Virus record (IMG/VR): IMGVR_UViG_3300032296_003307
Location: 1-64,000 of that record
Strand: one strand, 5' to 3'
Length of the DNA: 64,000 nucleotides
The notes under the pieces: generated by a model
Database searches by the model: none
Told to the model about the DNA's origin: nothing
What the model saw: the letters and a program-made list of their open reading frames with translations, nothing else
Made by a program: the position numbers and the translations under genes
In this document: positions 9,401 through 16,589 of the stretch, one piece after another
Layout: each line of letters starts with the position of its first letter
Position numbering within the stretch: the first letter of the stretch is position 1

Positions 9401-10434
9401 CTTTATCAGCAATAAATTCACCCTATGCTGTAGTATTATATGTAGATGTTCCTAAACAATATATAAATGAAAAATCAGATCCTTTTGGTTTAAATAAATT
9501 TGCAAAAGACTTTGTAAAAGAAGTTTTTGAAGAAACTTGGAATCCCAAAGACTCGTTCGTATCTTTATCCGTATTTATGAAAGACAATGGAATGAACATA
9601 ACCCCATTGCCTAAAATTAAGGTTATATCAGACGACAAAGAAAATGCGTCGCATCTTTTGGGTAAGACTGCTTACTACAATCCAGCAGATAAGTCAATTA
9701 CTCTTTATACCTTTGGAAGGCACCCAAAAGATGTTTTACGCTCTTTTGCTCATGAAATGGTTCACCACGAACAAAATCTTAATGGTACTTTAGGAAATGT
9801 TAGTACTACTAACACAAATGAAGATGGTCATTTAGATAAACTTGAGAGAGAAGCATATGAAAAAGGTAATATCATGTTTAGAAATTGGGAAGATAGTATT
9901 AAGAGTTCAGTAAATGAAATATATTTTTTAGATATTCCTAAATTCAATTATCCTAAAACATTTGTGGATAAATTACGTAAATCCTTAAATGAAATTACTT
10001 TATCAAAAGATAATGCTGTGGAAATAAATGGAGATTTAACTAATGGAAAATTTCAAGTAGGAGATATAATATATGTGTATTCTATAAAAAATATACCAAA
10101 TCCATATAAAGATGAAGGGGAATTTTATAATGTTTCTTTTTATCCTGAAGATAATATAATTTCTGAACCTTTAGAAGGAAAAGAAAATTATGTTAAAATT
10201 TTATCAACAATGTTCAAAATAATATCTGATTTTTCCGAAAAAGAAAAACCAAAATATATAGGAATATCATCTATGGATAACGACAACAATAAAAATTACC
10301 ATAGAGTATATGCCAATTTAACAGATAATAAATTTAACAGAATACCAGGATACTTTAGAAAAGATGTTAGTCTAGGATTTGATACTCCTCAAGGAAAAGG
10401 TAGATTTGTAGTATTAAAAAGAAAAGATGTATAA
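6421..10434 (+). CDS. 1337-aa modular polyprotein: HxGH-type nucleotidyltransferase, several unknown modules, ParB/Srx-like domain, HExxH metallopeptidase
   Basis: GGFKPPTKGHF (6421-6990), ILDGNHR (ParB module 9022-9471), AHEMVHHEQ...EREAY (9535-9918). Modules are separated by LEE/LMNE/SINE/SVNE/MKE/VKE/LINE/YINE/SLNE. Confidence 0.8.
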   Translation: MIDSILEILFEEDYTKTVAIYGGGFKPPTKGHFNVVEKTLQELPDIDEAIVFVGGGVRDGITQEESLTIWNIYKKYLSDKVTIEPSVAPVKSILNYAKEHPEEKVYWILGAREGNEEDLTDIANRTKSIEKYPNIEVKVITSSGGVSGTKTRKTLLDNNKEQFFHLIPDIEEKEEIWNILSPKVQESLEEGFIENAQENMKKLLLAIKQEGRETRDAFKLVLKAAKGEIQLTDEQKKQIGDQLKDVLKMVGLVSIAVLPGSFIVGALIKIFKAERLVFPSSLMNEDKPSGDSNPLGLKYIDIWHEGQYKAEENKTEEAIKLMIQAAKEAEELESIGEANYYKGTIAWLKKDYNTVNKYINDKFVKSTGNDEVLKRLLNNKDKSYKEAYNTSINEVGEASAKVYPFSSDKDPSEIINLAKNFFSKGTSSKVYQRVLTYTFSTDKADYVVKFNIEVERQTYVNFSKNPDWKPGPPYKTYASVGFNIEGEEEDKDTNLNEQFSVLSTVTKIIFDFIDKINEAEGNLVSLVIAPKSDTGEESSLNSKRGRFYTAYIQKNLSKYPEYKTRDGKNNSGGEYVEIYKTNSVNELEEGRKKKPDPKKGTGKKPEGSGRRLYTDEDPKDTVSIKFKTKEDIVDTLNKKQFKAKSHARQSQIINLIHQRVRAAYGKAKDPEVKARLKRALDYIESRKEASKEKTERLRKMKEASDPQAGTALPYGSGFAPVKESYQFKVSDKNYDEEDNSLISVDYKFSTPDNDYRVEFYSGEYNPEAKIFDVSFGIDKYGSKIDTFQMTGEGNALSILKTIVDIIKDFTKRFEVNKLVIDPTSEKRGKIYSMILKSLPPDILNKVELINENDLFGLNKLDKDFVKESKELNVQDLAYKQIPGLLEKGINYGLAHFRGFMKSSYKWSGPKDRNDFFDFIENIKGEIKRVPLSSIKPSQSGNDYKNSSSEYEAEEFQKILDGEKNIEDHRKEDFYPILVNKRDNKILDGNHRHYALSAINSPYAVVLYVDVPKQYINEKSDPFGLNKFAKDFVKEVFEETWNPKDSFVSLSVFMKDNGMNITPLPKIKVISDDKENASHLLGKTAYYNPADKSITLYTFGRHPKDVLRSFAHEMVHHEQNLNGTLGNVSTTNTNEDGHLDKLEREAYEKGNIMFRNWEDSIKSSVNEIYFLDIPKFNYPKTFVDKLRKSLNEITLSKDNAVEINGDLTNGKFQVGDIIYVYSIKNIPNPYKDEGEFYNVSFYPEDNIISEPLEGKENYVKILSTMFKIISDFSEKEKPKYIGISSMDNDNNKNYHRVYANLTDNKFNRIPGYFRKDVSLGFDTPQGKGRFVVLKRKDV

Positions 10435-10975
10435 ACTTAAATTAACAGACATATACAAACAAATTAAAGAAGAGGAAACACAACCTCAATCAGCTCAACA
10501 ATATACAATTTATTGTGATATGGATGGAGTTATTGCTGACTTTGATAAACGATTTAAAGATTTAAATCCTGAACATTTATCTGCTGCCCAATACCAAACA
10601 AAATATGGTATAGAAAAGTTTTGGGATTTTATAGATGAAGAAAATAAAGTAAAATTCTGGGTTGGTATTCCTTGGATGCCTGATGGAAAAGAACTTTGGG
10701 ATTATATTAAAAAATACAAACCAACCTTGTTATCAGCCCCTTCTAAAAAACCACAATCTCGTTTAGGAAAAAGATTATGGGTTAAAAACAATATTCCAGG
10801 AACTCCTTTGATTTTAGCAGCAGCTGATAAAAAACAGAATTATTCTGGAGGAAATAAAATACTTATCGACGACAGAAAAGATAATGTTGACCAATGGCGC
10901 TCACAAGGTGGTATTGGGATAGCACATACCTCTGCTCAAGATACAATTAAACAATTACAAAATTTAGGATTATAA
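10427..10975 (+). CDS. HAD-family 5'(3')-deoxyribonucleotidase-like phosphatase
   Basis: IYCDMDGVIADF (DxD), LLSAP, K..W, ILIDDR motifs. Confidence 0.88.
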   Translation: MYKLKLTDIYKQIKEEETQPQSAQQYTIYCDMDGVIADFDKRFKDLNPEHLSAAQYQTKYGIEKFWDFIDEENKVKFWVGIPWMPDGKELWDYIKKYKPTLLSAPSKKPQSRLGKRLWVKNNIPGTPLILAAADKKQNYSGGNKILIDDRKDNVDQWRSQGGIGIAHTSAQDTIKQLQNLGL

Positions 10976-10980
10976 TTATT

Positions 10981-11607
10981 ATGTATAGATTAAGAGAAAA
11001 TGAAGAAGATGCTCAATCAAGACTTGCCCTTGATTTTGACATTATTTTAACACCAAAAACCAGTGTTGAAGATGCTGTAAAAGCTTTAGAAAACATTGAT
11101 AACTATGGTGCTTATGTTTCTAATATGAGAAATAAAGCATCAATTGAAAAAGCAATAGAAATGCATTTTGGAAACATGGATGATGAAGGTAAAAAAATAT
11201 CACCTGCCAAAAAAGCATCTATTGAAAAACAAAGAGGTGAAAAATTTCCTGTTAAAACAAAACAAGCAATTGATGATTTAGTTAAATCATTAACCAGCAA
11301 ACCAAATCTTTTAAACTATACAGTTAAAGGTAATACTCTTGTTTTCCCTAAAGGAAAAAATCCTTCAAAAGATGTAACCAAAAAAATAATCAAAACTGTA
11401 ATGGACAATGCTGATATTACTTTTTCAGTAAAAGAAAAAGAATCAGTAAGTGAAGATGCAATTACAGATAAAATTAAATCATCTTTTATGTACCAAGTTA
11501 CTGGTGGTAAAAAAGGTGAGCCAATGTCTGCTGGTAAAAAATTACCTGCTAACACTAAAATTAAAAAATCTGAACTAAAAGAAATTATTAAAAATTTCAA
11601 CAAATAA
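10981..11607 (+). CDS. Hypothetical Lys-rich protein
   Basis: 208-aa ORF abutting neighbours in the same operon. Confidence 0.65.
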   Translation: MYRLRENEEDAQSRLALDFDIILTPKTSVEDAVKALENIDNYGAYVSNMRNKASIEKAIEMHFGNMDDEGKKISPAKKASIEKQRGEKFPVKTKQAIDDLVKSLTSKPNLLNYTVKGNTLVFPKGKNPSKDVTKKIIKTVMDNADITFSVKEKESVSEDAITDKIKSSFMYQVTGGKKGEPMSAGKKLPANTKIKKSELKEIIKNFNK

Positions 11608-12179
11608 TGAAAAACCAATCAGTTTTAAAAAAAGAGTTTAAACAGAGAGATGTTCAACGTCTCCGTAACCTTGTTCAAGGCAAGTACGGAGAAAAATCTA
11701 CTGTTGGAACTGGTTATCAAAAAGCAAAAGAATTTCATTCCGAAGGTGATGTTTGGGAAGAGGATGGAAGAACTTGGACTATTAAAAATGGTTTAAAACA
11801 AAACATTACTAAATTAGATAAAGCAAAAGAAGGCATTGTATTGCCTTTGTTTTGTCCTACTTGTTCTCGTACAATGAAACCACATTTGGACAAAAAATGG
11901 TTTGTAATGTATGGACACTGTTTTGATTGTCAAGTGGATTTTGAAGCAAAACTTAAAAAAGAAGGAAAATTAGAGGAATTTGAAAAACAAGTAATAAATG
12001 ACCATTTGGAAGGTACTATCAATGATTTTGAAGCATGGTTTGATGAATTAATTAATTCAAAAGACCAATTCATTACAGAGACAGGCGATATTGAAAAATG
12101 GGATGGTTCCGGTAAAGAGCAGTTGTTAAAATATAAACAAGAAGCATTAGAATATTTAAACAAACAACGAAAAGAATAA
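11607..12179 (+). CDS. Hypothetical protein with CxxC...CxxC zinc-binding motif
   Basis: LFCPTC...HCFDC. Confidence 0.7.
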   Translation: MKNQSVLKKEFKQRDVQRLRNLVQGKYGEKSTVGTGYQKAKEFHSEGDVWEEDGRTWTIKNGLKQNITKLDKAKEGIVLPLFCPTCSRTMKPHLDKKWFVMYGHCFDCQVDFEAKLKKEGKLEEFEKQVINDHLEGTINDFEAWFDELINSKDQFITETGDIEKWDGSGKEQLLKYKQEALEYLNKQRKE

Positions 12180-12796
12180 TGGAAATTACAATGATTACAA
12201 CCATTCTTGTTGCTTTAATTACAGCCGTAATTGGTCCCGCTGTTTTAGAATGGGTTAAAGCAAAATTGAGAAAAAATGAAGACAAAGACTCTTCAGTAAA
12301 AGAAGCAATTGATGTCAATGAATTAGTTGACCATCAATTAGATCAATTGTTAGAGGAATTAGGTTGTGATCGAATTTGGGTTGGACAATTTCATAATGGT
12401 GGTCATTTTTATCCTACAGGAAAATCAATCCAGAAATTTTCTATTTTCTACGAAAAATTAACCCCAAGTACCTCAGCAATCCAACATATATTTCAACAAA
12501 TACCTGTTTCATTATTTCCAAAAGCTTTATCTAAGCTTTACAAAGATGGAGAATTGGCTGTTGTAAATTACAATACTGATGAAACTTATGATTTAAGTAT
12601 GTTTTCTAAAGACTATGGAACCAAATCTTTTTATATGTTAGCCATAGATGATTTGGACGAACATTTCATAGGAGTAATGGGAATTGCATTCAATGATAAA
12701 GAACATAAATTATCCAAAGAAGAATGGATATTTATACGACAGAAAGTAGGGGCGATTGGTTCCCTTTTAACAGACTATTTATACAAGAAAAAATGA
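12179..12796 (+). CDS. Putative holin (T4 gpT-like: N-terminal TM + GAF-like domain)
   Basis: Hydrophobic ITMITTILVALITAVIGPAVL, then a GAF-like region (CDRIWVGQFHNGG...FIGVMGIAF). Confidence 0.6.
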   Translation: MEITMITTILVALITAVIGPAVLEWVKAKLRKNEDKDSSVKEAIDVNELVDHQLDQLLEELGCDRIWVGQFHNGGHFYPTGKSIQKFSIFYEKLTPSTSAIQHIFQQIPVSLFPKALSKLYKDGELAVVNYNTDETYDLSMFSKDYGTKSFYMLAIDDLDEHFIGVMGIAFNDKEHKLSKEEWIFIRQKVGAIGSLLTDYLYKKK

Positions 12797-13548
12797 AAGA
12801 CATAAACAAAATTAAAGAATTTTTCTCTAAACCTTTAGAAGAAGCAAAAAGAGATATTGACAAGATTAAAAAACAATTAGATGCTTTAGGTGTTAAATAT
12901 GAAATGTCAACCACTGATAAAGTTAGACCATTTAAAGTGATTTACAAACCAGTTAATAAATCAGATGAATTTTATGATAAATTTGAAGACATTGTTGATT
13001 TATTTAACTTAAAAAGTTTTGTAAAATCATCAATGAATGAAGCTAAAAAAGAAGATGCCGTTGATACAATTACAATGGATATTCCTTTATTCCTTCGTAT
13101 GTTAGAATATTCAAGAGAAGATGCCTCTCAAGACATGGATTTACATGATGTTACCGAAAAAGCAAATAAATTAGGTAAAGAAAGAGGTATTTTATCCATG
13201 GAAGACTATGAAGAAATTGTAGGTGCTGCCGAAGATATTAACGAACTTTCAGATTATTTTAAACGTAGAAAAGCCCAAGACGATTACGCTGTTAATAAAA
13301 AAGACAAACCAGCAAAACCTTATAATCCCAACTCTTCAGGCAAAACAGACTACATGAAGCGTAGAGAAAAAGAATTAAATGAAAGAATTTCCGAAGCATT
13401 AAATAAAATCAACGAAGAACTTTGCCCTGCTGGTAAAGCATACATTAAAAAAAGAAAAGCAGCTGGTGAAAAATCATCTGCTTACCTTTCAGGTCGTGCT
13501 GTAAAAGTATGTAAAGGCCAAATGTCAGGTAAAGCTAAGAAAAAATAA
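12793..13548 (+). CDS. Modular hypothetical protein (putative head-internal protein)
   Basis: ATG 12793 overlaps the upstream stop. Short modules separated by PLEE/SMNE/DINE/ELNE/KINEE. Confidence 0.7.
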   Translation: MKDINKIKEFFSKPLEEAKRDIDKIKKQLDALGVKYEMSTTDKVRPFKVIYKPVNKSDEFYDKFEDIVDLFNLKSFVKSSMNEAKKEDAVDTITMDIPLFLRMLEYSREDASQDMDLHDVTEKANKLGKERGILSMEDYEEIVGAAEDINELSDYFKRRKAQDDYAVNKKDKPAKPYNPNSSGKTDYMKRREKELNERISEALNKINEELCPAGKAYIKKRKAAGEKSSAYLSGRAVKVCKGQMSGKAKKK

Positions 13549-13838
13549 TGGACTTAATTAGATTACAAGAATTAGTATCTGAATCATTACGCGACTGGTT
13601 TAAAAAAGAAGACTGGGTGCGTATTGATACTCAAGGTAACATTACTGGTCCTTGTGGTACTATGAAAAAGGGTCAAGCAACAACTCGTTGCCTACCTCGT
13701 AAAAAAGCTCAATCATTATCTAAAAAAGAAAGAGCGGCAACTGCCCGCAAAAAAGTAGCTGGTTCTAAAAAAGGAGAACAGTTTGTAAAAAACACAGAAA
13801 AAGCAGAATACAAAAAAGGTACATATCATAAAAAATAA
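13548..13838 (+). CDS. Small basic hypothetical protein
   Basis: LRDWFKKEDWVRI...CG...RCLP basic module after a MDLIRLQELVSE leader. Confidence 0.7.
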   Translation: MDLIRLQELVSESLRDWFKKEDWVRIDTQGNITGPCGTMKKGQATTRCLPRKKAQSLSKKERAATARKKVAGSKKGEQFVKNTEKAEYKKGTYHKK

Positions 13839-13858
13839 CATATTTATACACATATATT

Positions 13859-14827
13859 ATGAAAAAATTTGACTTAAAAAAGATGATAGCTGAAAACAAG
13901 GCTACATTCTTTTCTTCCTTGAACGAAGGATACGATGAATTCAAAAGAGCAGAAAAAGGCTCTAAAGATGTAACCGCTAAAGACAAAGGCGAAGAAGAAG
14001 TTTACGGAGCCGGAGTTAAAAAAGGTGAAGAAATCGAAAAGAAAAAAATGAAAGAAAATTTAGATTCAAGTTATGACGATTTATATGATTTTGTAGACCA
14101 AAAAATGGTTGAAGGTGATGAAGAAGCCGAAATGCTATTAAACTCAAACCCAAGTTATGATGATTTATATGATTTTGTAGACCAAAAAATGGTTGAAGGT
14201 GATGATGAAGCAGAAGCATTATTAAATAAAATAAATAATATTAATGAAAATAAATCTTCAAAAATGAAAATGTCTGAATTAAAAGCCAAAATCAAAGAAA
14301 TGGTTTTAGCTGAAATGACTTTAGATGTTGATAATATGGAAGATGCCCCAGAATCAGAAGTTGATTTCTTGACTGAATTAGAAGCAATGTTAGATGAGGC
14401 TGATAAAGACACAGAAAAAGATACAGCCGAAACCGATGCTGATGTAACAATAGACGATACAGAAACTATTGATACTGAAACAACAACCGAAGTAGATCCT
14501 AATGTAAAAGCAGTACAAGATGCTTTAACACAAGCTCAAGCAGCTGCTCAAAAATTAGGTGATAAAAAATTAACAGATCAAATTGGTAACACAATTACCT
14601 TCTTCACTCGTACTCACGTTGTTGAAAAACCAGGTGGAGCAGTAGCAGAAAACTTAAATGAAGGTAGAGCAACTTTACCAAAGTTTAAACAATATTTCAA
14701 AATCATGATTGAAAACCAACCAAATGATGTTTTAGATTTAATTATGGATCTTCTTGAACATGATGGTAAAAATTTTGATGAATGGACAAGTAATATTGCT
14801 GATGATATAATAGATACTTTAGGTTAA
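13859..14827 (+). CDS. Acidic modular protein (putative prohead core/internal protein)
   Basis: Preceded by ATATTTATA; linkers SLNE/MKE/NINE/NLNE; internal 28-aa duplication. Confidence 0.7.
   Translation: MKKFDLKKMIAENKATFFSSLNEGYDEFKRAEKGSKDVTAKDKGEEEVYGAGVKKGEEIEKKKMKENLDSSYDDLYDFVDQKMVEGDEEAEMLLNSNPSYDDLYDFVDQKMVEGDDEAEALLNKINNINENKSSKMKMSELKAKIKEMVLAEMTLDVDNMEDAPESEVDFLTELEAMLDEADKDTEKDTAETDADVTIDDTETIDTETTTEVDPNVKAVQDALTQAQAAAQKLGDKKLTDQIGNTITFFTRTHVVEKPGGAVAENLNEGRATLPKFKQYFKIMIENQPNDVLDLIMDLLEHDGKNFDEWTSNIADDIIDTLG
14067..14226. repeat. 84-bp tandem duplication (SYDDLYDFVDQKMVEGDxEAExLLN x2)
   Basis: Near-identical copies start at 14067 and 14151. Confidence 0.95.
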
Positions 14828-14904
14828 AATAAAAAGATAATAATAAACCTTTAGTTAATGAATCAGTATTCCCAATGTTAAAGAAAATTTTAAAATAAAA
14901 GTAT

Positions 14905-15075
14905 ATGAACACACAAGAAATCTTTGAAAAAATTGAAGCTCTTTATGAGACATTCAAAGCAGAACATGCTGGAAAATCTAAAGCAGCTCACGGTCGTGCT
15001 AGAAAAGTCCTAGGTGAAATCAAGAAATTGGTAGCCGAATACCGTAAAGCCTCTATTGACGAGGACAAAAAGTAA
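14905..15075 (+). CDS. Histone H1-like Hc1-family small protein (Bacteroidota type), missing from the ORF track
   Basis: MNTQEIFEKIEALYETFKAEHAGKSKAAHGRARKVLGEIKKLVAEYRKASIDEDKK (56 aa). KAAxxRARK...xRKxS signature. Confidence 0.75.
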   Translation: MNTQEIFEKIEALYETFKAEHAGKSKAAHGRARKVLGEIKKLVAEYRKASIDEDKK

Positions 15076-15080
15076 TTAAA

Positions 15081-16109
15081 ATGGCCAAACGCGATTTAAC
15101 CCCAGAGGAATTAGCTAAAGTTGAAGCAAAAATGAAAACTTTTATGGCTAATAAAGACTCTTGGGTTAAACGCTATGGTAAAGACGCAGAAAAAGTAATG
15201 CGAGGTCGTGCCATCACAAGCGTAAAAAAAGAAACCGAAACAATGAATAAACAAAAATTAAAAGAATTAGTTAGAAAATCTTTAATGAACGAAGCCGATA
15301 TTGAAGTTGGTGCCGAAGAATATTTTGGAGAAAAAGACTTATCCAAAGCATCAATGATGTTGGACGATCTCGAAACAAAATTAAAAAATCATGATTGGTT
15401 TTATATGATGTCTGATGATAACAGAGCTTATACTAAAGGCTCTTTAGAACAACAATCCATCAGAAACATTATGAAATCTCTTGAAGACATGGGATATGGT
15501 GAGGATGCAAAATCACTCTTCAACCAATATGCTCCTAATGGTCCAGGAGGAAGTACCTTAAAAATGAAAGAAGCTAAAGGTAAAGACATGGATAAAGATG
15601 GAGACATCGATTCAGATGATTACTTGGCTGCTCGTGATGCTGCTATTAAAAAAGCAATGCAAAAAGAAGACATTGATTTAGGTCACGAAGACAACGAACC
15701 ACATATGATTAAAGGCGAATTATACCAAATTGGTAAATACGCTATGGAATTATATGCTGCTTTAGAAGAATTAGAAGAAATGGGTGGTGAATATGATTTT
15801 CCTGCTTGGTGGCAATCAAAAATTACTACAGCCAAAAACATGATATCAGGTGCTAAACATTATTTAGAATTTGAAATGAATGAACCAAAAATTGATGCTG
15901 CTGTAGATGCTTTAACAGGTGAAGAATACCATGAAGGTGAGCCAATGATGGAAAAAAAGTTAACCAAAGCAGAAAAAGCCAAAAAAGAAGATATAGTTAA
16001 AGGAATGAAAAAAAGCTTTAAAGGTGATGAATCAGCAATGTATGCTATTGCCACTGCCAAAGCTAAAAAAGTAGCTGAAACTTTAGCTAAAAAACTAAAA
16101 AATGACTAA
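15081..16109 (+). CDS. Modular hypothetical protein with EF-hand-like loop
   Basis: Modules separated by LMNE/KMKE/MQKE/PMME; DMDKDGDIDSDDY calcium-loop pattern. Confidence 0.7.
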   Translation: MAKRDLTPEELAKVEAKMKTFMANKDSWVKRYGKDAEKVMRGRAITSVKKETETMNKQKLKELVRKSLMNEADIEVGAEEYFGEKDLSKASMMLDDLETKLKNHDWFYMMSDDNRAYTKGSLEQQSIRNIMKSLEDMGYGEDAKSLFNQYAPNGPGGSTLKMKEAKGKDMDKDGDIDSDDYLAARDAAIKKAMQKEDIDLGHEDNEPHMIKGELYQIGKYAMELYAALEELEEMGGEYDFPAWWQSKITTAKNMISGAKHYLEFEMNEPKIDAAVDALTGEEYHEGEPMMEKKLTKAEKAKKEDIVKGMKKSFKGDESAMYAIATAKAKKVAETLAKKLKND

Positions 16110-16587
16110 AGACGAGTTAAAAGAAAAAATCAAAGTACTTGTTCAACAAGTATATAAACCTGATACTCTACAGGTACAGGATAAAATTTCTTTAGATGCT
16201 CCCAAATTTCCAGTTTTAGAAAAATTCCCTACCTTAAAACAAGTTATTGTTAATTTATTAACAAACCAATACGAAATATTTGTAAAAGACATTCAATGGG
16301 TTGCTCCAAAGCCAACTACTTTCCGAGTTATACTTGCCAATGGAGAACCTTTTACGTTAATTTATACTCCAAGAAGCTGGGTGGCTCAAGTAGAAGGTAA
16401 AAAATACTACTTGTTAAACTTAAGCGAAGAAGAATCAGCAACCGAAGCCATTTCAAGAATATTAGCCTATGGGACGCAAGAAGAAACCACACCAGAAGAA
16501 GGATCAGCAGGAGGAACCGAAACAGGCGGTGAAACAGGCGGAGGTGAAGAAGAAACTCCTGCACCTGAAGAAACACCATCAGCTTAA
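16102..16587 (+). CDS. Hypothetical protein with acidic Gly/Glu/Thr tail
   Basis: 161-aa ORF in operon. Confidence 0.65.
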   Translation: MTKDELKEKIKVLVQQVYKPDTLQVQDKISLDAPKFPVLEKFPTLKQVIVNLLTNQYEIFVKDIQWVAPKPTTFRVILANGEPFTLIYTPRSWVAQVEGKKYYLLNLSEEESATEAISRILAYGTQEETTPEEGSAGGTETGGETGGGEEETPAPEETPSA

Positions 16588-16589
16588 TT

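Noticed and set aside
14825-14898. Programmed frameshift or readthrough joining 13859..14827 to the downstream remnant
   Set aside because: The remnant frame has its own TAA at 14830, and in-frame readthrough hits TAG soon after.
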